A stretch of DNA of 36,638 nt, taken from IMG/VR virus record IMGVR_UViG_3300045988_109756, positions 1 through 36,638 of that record. The stretch is one strand, 5' to 3'. Both the position numbers and the translations under genes were made by a program. The stretch's first letter is position 1, and each line of letters opens with the position of its first letter. The DNA comes from a virus. The notes under the pieces are model-generated. The model did no database searches, was not told the DNA's origin, and saw only the letters and a program-made list of their open reading frames with translations. Positions 22,863 through 32,177 of this stretch are shown here, piece after piece.

Positions 22863-24241
22863 CTGTTGGCAATCAGCTCCGAATTGAAAACCCGTCTGAG
22901 CAGTTGCTTAAATGGTGCAAGAAGCAGCTTATCCTTCCTAATCCTGAGTACGCCAAGAAAGTCCGTATGCACTTTTGGGTCGGCAACACCCCTGAGAAGT
23001 TGCACCTGTTCCAATGGGACGGTGACACACTGGTTCTTCCATACGGGTGCTTGAACGATGTGCTGGCGATGGACGATTGCCACATGAAGGCCAATCTTCC
23101 CACACCGACTGAGGTGGACTTTGGTTGCACCATTCCGCTCTATGACTACCAAGTGAAAGCAAAGGAAGCCCTGATAACTGCCTACTACGGTATTCTTCAA
23201 GCCCCTGCGGGGTGCGGTAAGACACAGATCGGAATTGCTGTTGCGGCGGATACCGGTCGAAGGACACTCTGGCTGACCCATACACGGGATTTGCTCGTAC
23301 AGAGCAAAAGCCGAGCGGAGCAGTACATGAGTCCTTCTCTGACTGGCACGATCACCGAAGGTAGGGTTCAAATCGGTAAGGCAATCACCTTCGCAACGGT
23401 ACAGACCATGTGCAACCTCGATCTGAGTCAATACCGTGATGTTTGGGATTGTATCATCGTGGACGAGTGCCACCGTGTAGCCGGAACCCCAACCGCTATG
23501 ACGCAGTTCTCAAAGGTGCTGAACGCTCTGGCAGCTCGGCATAAGTACGGCCTGTCCGCTACGGTTCATCGAGCAGACGGTATGATTGCCGCCACCTACG
23601 CCCTGCTGGGCGGGATTGCCTATCAGGTGCCGGACGAAGCGGTGAAAGGCAAGATCATGACCGTCAGCGTTTTGCCACGTGCTACCCACATCGGTTTAGA
23701 CCGTGAATTTCTTGATACGGACGGCACAATCATTTATGCAAAACTGGTGAATTATCTTGCCGAAGATTTTCGCCGTAACTGTCAGATTGTCGGCGATCTT
23801 ATGCTGAACGATCAGCATTTCAACCTAATTCTATCAGACAGGCTTGGTCATTTGGAGTATTTGATGAACCATCTTCCGCCCGAGCTGAGAAAACAGGCGG
23901 TCATGATTGATGGGAGGATGACCACGAAGAAAGCCAAGGCTCTCCGAGAACAGGCCATTGAGGAAATGCGACAGGGGCGCAAGCGGTATCTATTCGCCAC
24001 TTACTCTCTGGCGAAAGAGGGGCTGGATATTCCTCGACTCGACCGTCTGTACCTGACTACACCGCAGAAAGACTATGCTGTGATAACTCAAAGCATTGGT
24101 CGTATCGCTCGTACCTTCGAGGGAAAGGGAGAACCCATCGCTTACGATTATGTGGACGATGGTATCCAGTACCTCGTGAGAAGTTACAAGAAGCGGTGTA
24201 CCACCTACCGGAAAGCGGGGTGCAAGTTCCTTGAACCTTGA
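22853..24241 (+). CDS. superfamily-2 DEAD/DEAH-box helicase
   Basis: Walker A APAGCGKT, DECH box IVDECH, and C-terminal helicase motifs (LAKEGLDIPRLD, QSIGRIAR). Confidence 0.85.
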   Translation: MQVTVGNQLRIENPSEQLLKWCKKQLILPNPEYAKKVRMHFWVGNTPEKLHLFQWDGDTLVLPYGCLNDVLAMDDCHMKANLPTPTEVDFGCTIPLYDYQVKAKEALITAYYGILQAPAGCGKTQIGIAVAADTGRRTLWLTHTRDLLVQSKSRAEQYMSPSLTGTITEGRVQIGKAITFATVQTMCNLDLSQYRDVWDCIIVDECHRVAGTPTAMTQFSKVLNALAARHKYGLSATVHRADGMIAATYALLGGIAYQVPDEAVKGKIMTVSVLPRATHIGLDREFLDTDGTIIYAKLVNYLAEDFRRNCQIVGDLMLNDQHFNLILSDRLGHLEYLMNHLPPELRKQAVMIDGRMTTKKAKALREQAIEEMRQGRKRYLFATYSLAKEGLDIPRLDRLYLTTPQKDYAVITQSIGRIARTFEGKGEPIAYDYVDDGIQYLVRSYKKRCTTYRKAGCKFLEP

Positions 24242-25070
24242 ACCTTTCATTTTTGACTGCGAGGTGTTTGCCTACGATTGGCTTTTTGTCTTCAAGAACA
24301 AGGTCACGGGGGAATACACCGTCATCTGGAATGACAATGAAGCGGTCGAACAATTCATGACCCAAGAACCCCTGTTGGCAGGGTTCAACAATAAGCACTA
24401 TGACCAATTTATTCTGAAAGCGGTTCTCTCAGGTTTCACGCCGGAGGAAATCAAGGCGGTCAACGATTTCATCATCGTTGGTGGTCACGAGGGCTGGGAG
24501 TACGCCCCTCTCCGTGACTGCGGGATTTTCTTCGATCAATATGACCTGATGGACGATTGCCAGATGGGGTTGTCCTTGAAAGCAATCGAAGCCCACCTCG
24601 GAATGGACATTCGTGAAACCACCGTTCCGTTCAACATTGACCGCCCTCTGACTGAGGACGAGAAGCGAGAGGTCGAGTTCTACTGCCGCCACGATGTTGA
24701 CGCAACCGACAGGCTGGACGATCTTCGTCAAGGCTACCTGTCCAGCAAGCTCACGCTGGGTCGTGAAAAGGGGCTGTATCCCGCAAAAGCCCTCTACATG
24801 ACCAACGCCAAGCTGACCGCTGCTTACCTTGACGCAGAGCAGAAACCGCACTATGACGAGCGGGAATACCAGTATCCGCCGAAGCTGCTTCGTCAGTACA
24901 TTCCGCAGGAAGTGTTCGACTTCTTCGAACGGTTGAAGGATAAGAGTATTCCTGACGAAGTGGTGTTCAAGGAAAAACTCGATCTGATGGTAGGCGGCTG
25001 TCCTTGCACCATCGCCTACGGCGGTATTCACGGAGCTATCCCATGTTACCGAGAGGAAGGTGAAATATGA
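24231..25070 (+). CDS. family-B-like DNA polymerase, N-terminal piece (3'-5' exonuclease domain)
   Basis: Exo I FDCEVF, Exo II NNKHYDQF, Exo III YCRHDVDAT. The ORF ends (..YGGIHGAIPCYREEGEI*) before any palm motif. It starts with TTG and overlaps the helicase stop. Confidence 0.75.
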   Translation: MNLEPFIFDCEVFAYDWLFVFKNKVTGEYTVIWNDNEAVEQFMTQEPLLAGFNNKHYDQFILKAVLSGFTPEEIKAVNDFIIVGGHEGWEYAPLRDCGIFFDQYDLMDDCQMGLSLKAIEAHLGMDIRETTVPFNIDRPLTEDEKREVEFYCRHDVDATDRLDDLRQGYLSSKLTLGREKGLYPAKALYMTNAKLTAAYLDAEQKPHYDEREYQYPPKLLRQYIPQEVFDFFERLKDKSIPDEVVFKEKLDLMVGGCPCTIAYGGIHGAIPCYREEGEI

Positions 25071-25483
25071 GAGACAGGTTGGACATTATTCATTTCAACA
25101 TGATTCAGCGTTGCACTAACCCGAATTCAACCTACTTCCCCCGTTACGGCGGACGAGGTATTACCGTTTGCCACGAATGGCGAACACGGAACAACTTCAA
25201 GGAATGGGCTTTGTCACACGGCTACCGTAATGACTTGACCATTGACCGCATTGACAATGACAAGGGGTATTTCCCTGATAATTGCCGATGGGTCACGCCG
25301 AGTCAGAATTGTTGTAACCGTTCTACGACACATTTTGTTACTGCGTTCGGGAAACGGCAATCTCTGATGGAGTGGAGTAGAGAACTCAACATCTCATACA
25401 ACACTCTGAAAAAGAGAGTGACTGACCATCATGAGGACGGTGAGTATCTTCTTCGTCCGTCCAGAAGAAAGGCGGTGATTTGA
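25067..25483 (+). CDS. HNH-like homing endonuclease, free-standing, inserted in the polymerase gene
   Basis: YGGRGITVCHEW..LTIDRIDNDKGYFPDNCRWVTPSQN pattern. ATGA overlap with the polymerase N piece. Visibly lower GC than the flanking sequence. Confidence 0.7.
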   Translation: MRDRLDIIHFNMIQRCTNPNSTYFPRYGGRGITVCHEWRTRNNFKEWALSHGYRNDLTIDRIDNDKGYFPDNCRWVTPSQNCCNRSTTHFVTAFGKRQSLMEWSRELNISYNTLKKRVTDHHEDGEYLLRPSRRKAVI

Positions 25484-25531
25484 GTGGGAAAGCGAATGAT
25501 TAGAAACTATGATGTTGCTTCCTACTACTGA
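25484..25531 (+). other. 15-codon mini-frame carrying polymerase motif A (VGKRMIRNYDVASYY*)
   Basis: It starts with GTG immediately after the HNH stop and ends at TGA 25529-25531. The rest of the polymerase continues in the -1 frame (..LNPHLMTLMGYTSRN..). Confidence 0.6.
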
Positions 25532-25539
25532 ACCCGCAC

Positions 25540-26502
25540 TTGATGACACTAATGGGATATACTTCTCGAAATATCCCTTCTCCCGATGTCTACGCCGCCA
25601 CCATTGAGCGGCGAGTAAAGGCAAAAAGAGCGGGTGACAAAGCTACGGCGAACGCTTTAAAGCTGGTGCTGAACACCACCTACGGCGCTATGTTGAACCG
25701 CTATAACCCGCTGTATGACCCTCTCATGGGAAGATCAGTATGTATTTCAGGCCAGCTATTTTTGTTGGAGTTGGCAAATCATTTGGTAACAGACTGTAAG
25801 ACCTTAAAGGTTATTCAGTTAAATACCGATGGTATCATGGTCAGCTTTGATGAAGACGAATACCAGAAAGTCTTAGAAATCACGGGCGAATGGCAAGAGC
25901 GCACGGGGTTCGAGCTTGAAGAAGATACCGTGAAATCCATCTGCCAGAAAGATGTGAACAATTATGTCGAGGTTCCCTTCGAGGGCGACCCCAAAATCAA
26001 GGGCGGCGTTCTCGTTCGTGGAATTGCCCCGGCAGGAGCGTTCAACATCAACAACAACGCCTGCGTGGTTGCCAAGGCCGTCAAGGATTATCTGGCCTAC
26101 GGCGTCCCGGTCGAAGATACCATCATGAGCTGCGACCGCCTGCTGGACTTCCAGTTGGTCGCCAAGGCCGGGAGTAAGTATGGTGACGCTCTCCATGAGG
26201 TAGACGGTCAGATGGAGGTCGTGCAGAAGGTCAACCGGGTATATGCCACGGAAGACCATCGCTACGGAACCCTCTACAAAATCCACCTCGGCACTGGCAA
26301 TCCCGTCAAGATTGCCGGACTCCCCGCAAAATGTGTCGTGGACAACGACAATCACTTGACGATTGATGTGGTTGATCGTGACTGGTATATCCGGTTGGCA
26401 CGGCGCTATGTCCGAGATTTTCTCGGTAAGAAGCCGCCCAAGCGGAACACCCGCAGAGTCAATTCCATCAAGAAAAAATTATTAGAAATGTTGGAGGTAT
26501 AA
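25540..26502 (+). CDS. family-B-like DNA polymerase, C-terminal piece (palm/thumb)
   Basis: Motif B KLVLNTTYG and motif C-like QLNTDGIMV. The track start is TTG 25540 or ATG 25543. The frame is open from about 25522. Confidence 0.7.
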   Translation: MMTLMGYTSRNIPSPDVYAATIERRVKAKRAGDKATANALKLVLNTTYGAMLNRYNPLYDPLMGRSVCISGQLFLLELANHLVTDCKTLKVIQLNTDGIMVSFDEDEYQKVLEITGEWQERTGFELEEDTVKSICQKDVNNYVEVPFEGDPKIKGGVLVRGIAPAGAFNINNNACVVAKAVKDYLAYGVPVEDTIMSCDRLLDFQLVAKAGSKYGDALHEVDGQMEVVQKVNRVYATEDHRYGTLYKIHLGTGNPVKIAGLPAKCVVDNDNHLTIDVVDRDWYIRLARRYVRDFLGKKPPKRNTRRVNSIKKKLLEMLEV

Positions 26503-26504
26503 AT

Positions 26505-27251
26505 ATGGCTACTACCAAGAAAGCCGCTGAGACTGCGGCGGTGGATTATTCCACCATGAATGTGTTTCAGAAGTTGCAGCTTGCCCGTGTGCGTTTCCTC
26601 GAAGCTGGCGTTGACAAGAGCGGCAAGCACATGAAGCTCGAATATAAGTATTTCGAGTTGGCGGACATTGTTCCCAAGGCCGAACAAATTTTCCTTGAAA
26701 TCGGTCTGATGATGGTTCCGTCCATGTACGGCGACAAGGCGACCGCTCGTGTCTACAATGTCAATGACCGTGAGGACTTCATTGACTTTGTAGCACCGTA
26801 CACCCCCATCGCCCCTATCGTGTCCAATGCTGGTAATCAGGTCACAAACGAAATGCAGGCGACCGGCAGCTCCATCACCTACATTCGCCGCTACCTGTGG
26901 CAGCTCGTTCTTGACATTGTGGAGCATGACAGTATCGACAGCGGCGAATTTGATACGACACCCGCACCCACGCCCACCGTCGCGAAGAAGCCCCCTGTGA
27001 CCACTGCACAGCGTCAGGAGATCAAGAAGGAACTGACCGGCGCTCCCGCTGGCGCTGCCACTGAGGAACAGGTCGGTACGCTGAAAGGTCTGCTGAAAAA
27101 GCTCATGGGTATTGACGCAGAGCAGGAACAGTTCGTGCAGACCATCGCCATGAAGACCGAGGGGTTCTCCAAGATCGAAGCTGATAAGTGTGACCAGCTC
27201 ATTTCCGGTGTGAAGGAAATGCTGGCGGCCTATGACACGCAGGAGTCCTAA
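26505..27251 (+). CDS. ERF-family single-strand annealing protein
   Basis: KLEYKYFELADIVPKAEQIF and GSSITYIRRYLWQLVLDI patterns, and a Pro/Thr/Ala-rich C-terminal tail. Confidence 0.7.
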   Translation: MATTKKAAETAAVDYSTMNVFQKLQLARVRFLEAGVDKSGKHMKLEYKYFELADIVPKAEQIFLEIGLMMVPSMYGDKATARVYNVNDREDFIDFVAPYTPIAPIVSNAGNQVTNEMQATGSSITYIRRYLWQLVLDIVEHDSIDSGEFDTTPAPTPTVAKKPPVTTAQRQEIKKELTGAPAGAATEEQVGTLKGLLKKLMGIDAEQEQFVQTIAMKTEGFSKIEADKCDQLISGVKEMLAAYDTQES

Positions 27252-27797
27252 ATGGATAAGCCTGTTTTAGATGTTTGCTGTGGAGGGCGAATGTTTTATT
27301 TCGATAAAACAGACAGACGGGTTCTTTTCTGTGACAATCGGACGGTTGATACCGAATTGTGTGACGGAAGAAGATTTGTCGTAAACCCCGATGCTCAATG
27401 TGATTTCACCAATCTTCCTTTTGCTGATGGTTCATTCCGATTAGTCGTTTTCGACCCTCCACATTTGTTGCGAAATACAGGAAAGAGCAAAATGGCCGAT
27501 ATGTACGGCTCTTTGAACGAACGGTCAACTCCGACAGGTTATCAGCAAATCAAATATGGGGCTTTGTATTCTGACTGGCGTGATATGCTCAAACGCGGGT
27601 TTTCCGAATGTTTCAGGGTATTAGAGCCTAACGGTATTCTCATTTTCAAATGGAACGAGACTGATATTCCGGTGAAAGAAATTCTCAAACTCGTTGATAT
27701 TCCGCCCCTTTTCGGAAACCGCAGCGGTAAAAGAAGCAACACTCACTGGATATGTTTTATCAAATCAAGAAAGGAAGATGAAAATGGAATGGCTTGA
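27252..27797 (+). CDS. SAM-dependent DNA methyltransferase (N6A/N4C type)
   Basis: Motif I LDVCCGG and motif IV FDPPH. Confidence 0.6.
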   Translation: MDKPVLDVCCGGRMFYFDKTDRRVLFCDNRTVDTELCDGRRFVVNPDAQCDFTNLPFADGSFRLVVFDPPHLLRNTGKSKMADMYGSLNERSTPTGYQQIKYGALYSDWRDMLKRGFSECFRVLEPNGILIFKWNETDIPVKEILKLVDIPPLFGNRSGKRSNTHWICFIKSRKEDENGMA

Positions 27798-28827
27798 CAA
27801 CAACCGTATTCAGATTATCCCTCCCAAGCGTCCTAAGAAGCTGACCGGCACTCGCTTTGCTACCATCCTTGGCCTGAACCCGTGGTCTACGCCGTTCGAG
27901 ATTTGGTGTGAAGTGACCCGTACCTATCAGAAGCCGTTCGAGGACACGATCTACACCATCGCTGGTAAGACCATCGAGCCTAAGCAGGCCGAGTACATGA
28001 AGCAGACCTACTTTATGAGCAATCTGATCACGCCGACCGACATTTGGGGCAAAGACTACTTCCGTCAGACCTACGGTGACTTCTTTAGGGAAAGCCCCGT
28101 TCTCGGCGGTATGTGGGACTACTTGCTCTATGGTAAAGATGGTAAGCCCACCACCGTCCTCGAAATGAAGACTTCCAAGCGTGTCGAGGACTGGAAGGAC
28201 GATATTCCTGAGTATTACGCTTTGCAGGCGGCGTTGTACGCTTACCTTCTCGGCGTGGACGAGGTTATCATGGTCGCTTCCTTCCTCGAACCCAAGGACT
28301 ACGATAACCCTGAGAAGTTCGTGTGTAGCGGTGAGAATACCATCACTCGCCCCTTCAAGGTGTCTGAGCGGTATCCTGACTTCGAGAAGAAGTATGTGAA
28401 GCCCGCCCTGAAATGGTGGAAGGACTTCGTTGAGAGCGGCATTTCCCCCGCCTTTGACGAGCGCAAGGACGCTGAAATCCTGAAAGCTCTCCGCACCAAC
28501 AACCTGTCTCCTGAAACGGATATGGCGGCGCTGGTCAAGGAAGCCGAAGACCTGAAAACCAAGTTGGACGCTCACGCCGCTGAGGTGGCCGAGGACGAGA
28601 AGCGGTACAAGGTCTTGACCGACATGATTAAGAAAGCCGCAATCGCTCAGTTCCGTGACGGTGACAAGAAGGTGTCTATCGCTGGCTCTGCCTATAATTG
28701 GGAAGTCAGCCGCACTTCCACCACGAAGATCGACAAGGACGCTATGAAAGCGGACGGTATTCTGGCGAAGTACACGACCACCGAGGACAGCTACCGTATT
28801 TCCCCGAAAATCATTAAGGAGGATTGA
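27784..28827 (+). CDS. YqaJ-like recombination exonuclease with an extra C-terminal coiled-coil domain
   Basis: KKLTGTRFATILGLNPWSTPFEIW plus an EMK PD-(D/E)xK-like motif. It is adjacent to the ERF gene. Confidence 0.7.
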   Translation: MEWLDNNRIQIIPPKRPKKLTGTRFATILGLNPWSTPFEIWCEVTRTYQKPFEDTIYTIAGKTIEPKQAEYMKQTYFMSNLITPTDIWGKDYFRQTYGDFFRESPVLGGMWDYLLYGKDGKPTTVLEMKTSKRVEDWKDDIPEYYALQAALYAYLLGVDEVIMVASFLEPKDYDNPEKFVCSGENTITRPFKVSERYPDFEKKYVKPALKWWKDFVESGISPAFDERKDAEILKALRTNNLSPETDMAALVKEAEDLKTKLDAHAAEVAEDEKRYKVLTDMIKKAAIAQFRDGDKKVSIAGSAYNWEVSRTSTTKIDKDAMKADGILAKYTTTEDSYRISPKIIKED

Positions 28828-28830
28828 CCT

Positions 28831-29346
28831 ATGAAGTTTTCAAAGTTCGTGAAGTCCCTCGCCCCTGATGGCGGCGCTATCTATGAGTACATGGGTGAAC
28901 GCTGGCTTGCTTCCCCGTCCGTACTTATGCTCATTCCCGATGGTATCCGCAGCGTGACCGGGTACAGCAACGAGAAAATGCCTGACGGCATTGGTCGCCT
29001 GATTTCTCAGGTCGGTTGCACCGAGTACGCCACGCTGGTCAAGGCAATCATGCCTGAACCGGACGGCGCAATCAAGGATTGTGTCCGTATTTTCGCCACG
29101 CAGGACAGCACCATGACCCTTCCCATCACCAATGATGACTGGTCGCTGATCGAGAAGTCTGACTTCTGCGAAATTCTGTACGCTTACGATCTGGAAAGCG
29201 ATAAGAGCGTACCGAAAGCCCTGCTGGTCAAGCAGTACGCCAAGTACCCCGATGACGAAGACCAGTTGGTTGGTATCATCTTCCCCTGCGAGTACACAGA
29301 ACAGCTCAATTTCTACACCATGAAGGAGGACAAAAACAATGGCTAA
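28831..29346 (+). CDS. hypothetical protein (paralog of 178-726)
   Basis: 171-aa ORF sharing motifs with the 178-726 ORF. Confidence 0.6.
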   Translation: MKFSKFVKSLAPDGGAIYEYMGERWLASPSVLMLIPDGIRSVTGYSNEKMPDGIGRLISQVGCTEYATLVKAIMPEPDGAIKDCVRIFATQDSTMTLPITNDDWSLIEKSDFCEILYAYDLESDKSVPKALLVKQYAKYPDDEDQLVGIIFPCEYTEQLNFYTMKEDKNNG

Positions 29347-29821
29347 AATCGGACTCACCGAGGGTTTCACCCTCATTCCCGAAGGTACTCATGTCTTTCA
29401 GATTACCGATGTGAAGTACAAGGAGGACTTCGGCAAGCTGGAAGTTCATATGCAGACGCAGACCGGCAGTAAGCACGTCGAGCGCTTCTCTCTGCTGAAA
29501 TCTGATGGCTCTCCCAACGAGGGTGCATACAACGCTTTCAGCTACTTCGCCAAGACCGCCCTCAACAATTTCGACCTGACCGAGATCGACCACACCGACC
29601 TGATTGACCACTTCATCGAGTGCGATGTGGAGCATGATGTTCAGGAGAACAAGAAGAAGCCCGGACAGAGCATTACCTTCATCCGTCTGGCCGATAAGCG
29701 CCCCTCTGAGGGCTGGGGCGGCTCTGGCAATACGGTTGCTACCCCCGCCGCTAAAACCGCTCCTGCGGCTTCTCAGGCCGCTCCTAAGACTCCGATGGAT
29801 TTGACAGCTCTCCTTGGCTGA
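29339..29821 (+). CDS. DUF669-like putative ssDNA-binding protein
   Basis: The N-terminus MAKIGLTEGFTLIPEGTHVFQITDV and a Pro/Ala-rich tail ending in an acidic/hydrophobic tip. It lies in the recombination module. Confidence 0.45.
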   Translation: MAKIGLTEGFTLIPEGTHVFQITDVKYKEDFGKLEVHMQTQTGSKHVERFSLLKSDGSPNEGAYNAFSYFAKTALNNFDLTEIDHTDLIDHFIECDVEHDVQENKKKPGQSITFIRLADKRPSEGWGGSGNTVATPAAKTAPAASQAAPKTPMDLTALLG

Positions 29822-29908
29822 TAGCGAGTGCGAGGGAGGGCTAATTTGAAAGGCTCTCCCTCGCCAATGGTATGTTGAAAACTATGTTGAAAGTGAGGAT
29901 AAGCTACA

Positions 29909-30217
29909 ATGGCAGAAGCCTATTATTGTTCGCTCTCTAAGGTTCAGCGTCATGCTGAAATCTGCAAAGAGATCAACGATCTCTATGAGCGCAAGAACCA
30001 TGACTACGGTGACAGCTTTCACCAGACCTTCGTTGAAGAAGGAATGGCGATGGCTCGTATCCGGTTGGGAGATAAGTTCAGCCGCTTTAAGACCCTCTCC
30101 CGTGGCGGTGAGCAGAAGGTCAATGACGAGTCTATCCGAGATACCCTGATTGACCTCGCCAATTACGCCATTATGACTGTGCTGGAAATGGAGGTTGTGG
30201 AAGATGCTGCAGATTAA
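29909..30217 (+). CDS. DUF1599-like protein (nucleotide-modification-associated family)
   Basis: KNHDYGDSF..IRLGDKFSR..ESIRDTLIDLANYA pattern, recalled from memory. Confidence 0.5.
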   Translation: MAEAYYCSLSKVQRHAEICKEINDLYERKNHDYGDSFHQTFVEEGMAMARIRLGDKFSRFKTLSRGGEQKVNDESIRDTLIDLANYAIMTVLEMEVVEDAAD

Positions 30218-30404
30218 AACCATTCGGAACCGTCTGAACAATCCCACCCTCTTTGACGATGAAGTAAATGCGGCTCTGCGTGATGGGTGGACTCTGAAAA
30301 AGAGAACCGTTCTGCGGCCTATCAGCCAGCATGAGTCTACCTACATTTACATGATGTTGTATGCAGAGTTGGAAAAGGAGGTCGCTGACGATGACGCTGA
30401 ATGA
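30204..30404 (+). CDS. DUF1737-like small protein
   Basis: FDDEVNAALRDGWTL pattern. RBS ggagg lies 9 nt upstream of ATG 30204. Confidence 0.4.
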   Translation: MLQIKTIRNRLNNPTLFDDEVNAALRDGWTLKKRTVLRPISQHESTYIYMMLYAELEKEVADDDAE

Positions 30405-30705
30405 ATATCAGGTACTCGCCTATCGAACGACCAACCATGAGCTGACCAATCAGGGACTTATCGAAAACGGAGTCATGGGTCTGTGCGGTGAAGCGGGTGA
30501 GTGTATCGACCTCGTGAAAAAATCCTTGTTTCAGGGTCACGACCTTGACCGTGAAAAGCTCATTGACGAGCTGGGCGATGTTCTCTGGTACGCCGCACAG
30601 TTGGCAACCGGATTAGATGTGGGCTTAGATGTTGTGGCACAGTACAACATCAATAAGCTCAAAGAGCGTTGGTATGAAAGGGAGTCTGAAAGTGAAAATC
30701 ATTGA
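30391..30705 (+). CDS. MazG-like nucleoside triphosphate pyrophosphohydrolase
   Basis: LNEYQ..GLCGEAGE..EELGDVLWY pattern. Confidence 0.8.
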   Translation: MTLNEYQVLAYRTTNHELTNQGLIENGVMGLCGEAGECIDLVKKSLFQGHDLDREKLIDELGDVLWYAAQLATGLDVGLDVVAQYNINKLKERWYERESESENH

Positions 30706-31351
30706 ACCTTCTGTGGAGCTTATCAACGCTCCCGATTATAAGACCCTTCTGACCACCATCGAAGCCGCAGGGCGCACTTGCTACAAGTCCGAGGATAAAA
30801 TCACGGACGGAAGTGCAGAGAAGTTCGTCCGGGGCATTATCAAGCGGGGTCATGAAGCTGTCATTGAGCATGGCTCTCTCACTGTCCGCTTCGTCTGCGA
30901 CCGGGGTGTGTCCCATGAGATTGTCCGTCACCGCATGGCTTCCTACTGTCAGGAGTCTACTAGATTCTGTTCCTACGACAAAGATCAGTTTGGCACGGAA
31001 ATCACGCTTATCAGACCTTGCACTTTCGATAGAGATTCGTCCCCGTATCGAATTTGGGAAAGAGCCTGCCAGACAGCAGAGATCGCCTACTTCGACCTCT
31101 TGAATGAGGGCTGTACCCCGCAAGAAGCCCGGTCTGTCCTTCCGAACAGCTTAAAGACTGAGGTTGTTATGACTGCCAATCTCAGGGAATGGCGTCACTT
31201 CTGCAAACTTCGTTGCGCTCCTGCCGCTCACCCCGATATGCGGGTAGTTGCCAACATGCTTCTGGAAAAGCTGAGAGAAGCCTATCCCGTGTTCTTCGAG
31301 GATAAAGACGAAGAACAGAAACCCACAAAACCAAAAGGCAAGAGTGAATAA
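30692..31351 (+). CDS. thyX: FAD-dependent thymidylate synthase ThyX
   Basis: The ThyX motif RHRMASYCQESTR is present, along with HEAVIEHGS and ANLREWRHF. A GTG start follows an aaagggag RBS. An alternative ATG lies at 30674. Confidence 0.85.
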   Translation: MKIIEPSVELINAPDYKTLLTTIEAAGRTCYKSEDKITDGSAEKFVRGIIKRGHEAVIEHGSLTVRFVCDRGVSHEIVRHRMASYCQESTRFCSYDKDQFGTEITLIRPCTFDRDSSPYRIWERACQTAEIAYFDLLNEGCTPQEARSVLPNSLKTEVVMTANLREWRHFCKLRCAPAAHPDMRVVANMLLEKLREAYPVFFEDKDEEQKPTKPKGKSE

Positions 31352-31386
31352 ATATTCGTTCTTGGTGTCCACCGGAGGTAGACCGT

Positions 31387-32169
31387 ATGTATGAAACAAT
31401 CCCTCAAGAATTAAAAGAAAAACGCTGCTGGGTTAATGTGTGGAACACCTCTAAGGTTCCTATGCAAAGCACCGTAAGAAAGGCAGCGTCGGCTTCTAAC
31501 CCGGATACGTGGTCTACCTTCGAGGACGCTGTTTCTGCGGTAGAACGGGGCGTATATGACGGCATTGGCTATGTGTTTTGCGATGACGGTATTGTCGGTA
31601 TCGACATTGACAATGGCTTTACCGATGGGTTTCTGAACCCGCTGGCGGCTGACATTATCGGTCGTTGTCACTCCTACACGGAAAAGTCCAGAAGCGGGAG
31701 AGGGGTTCACATTCTCGTTCGTGGAGAGCTGCCCTTCAAAGGCAAGAACAACCGTGCCGCTGTGGAAATTTACAAGAGCAATCGGTACTTCATCATGACC
31801 GGCGAGGTTTTGATCTTCTCAGAAATCATTGAAAACCAGTCAGCGATTGACTATGTGATCGAGAAGTATTTTCCCGATACACCGAAGGAAAGTAGTTCAG
31901 GTACGGTTGCCCCTCAGCGTATCTATTCTCCCATCTATCGCCGTCCTGAAAACGGCAAGCTGCATTTGAAGCCTGAATACCCGCCTATCACACCGGGAAG
32001 CCGAAACCTCAGCCTGACTTCTCTGGCGGGTCAGCTCCATAACCAAGGATACACCAAAGCAGAGATTTACAAAGAACTGTTGTACGCCAACTCCCAAGCC
32101 TGCAAGCCCCCTCTCCCGCAGTCAGAAGTTGAGTTGATTGTCAACAGCGTGACCAGATACAGGAGGTAA
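31387..32169 (+). CDS. AEP-type primase/polymerase domain protein
   Basis: GIGYVF..IVGIDIDN and EKSRSGRGVHILVRG motifs, which resemble the N-terminal domain of bifunctional prim-pol proteins. Confidence 0.7.
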   Translation: MYETIPQELKEKRCWVNVWNTSKVPMQSTVRKAASASNPDTWSTFEDAVSAVERGVYDGIGYVFCDDGIVGIDIDNGFTDGFLNPLAADIIGRCHSYTEKSRSGRGVHILVRGELPFKGKNNRAAVEIYKSNRYFIMTGEVLIFSEIIENQSAIDYVIEKYFPDTPKESSSGTVAPQRIYSPIYRRPENGKLHLKPEYPPITPGSRNLSLTSLAGQLHNQGYTKAEIYKELLYANSQACKPPLPQSEVELIVNSVTRYRR

Positions 32170-32177
32170 TACTGAAA

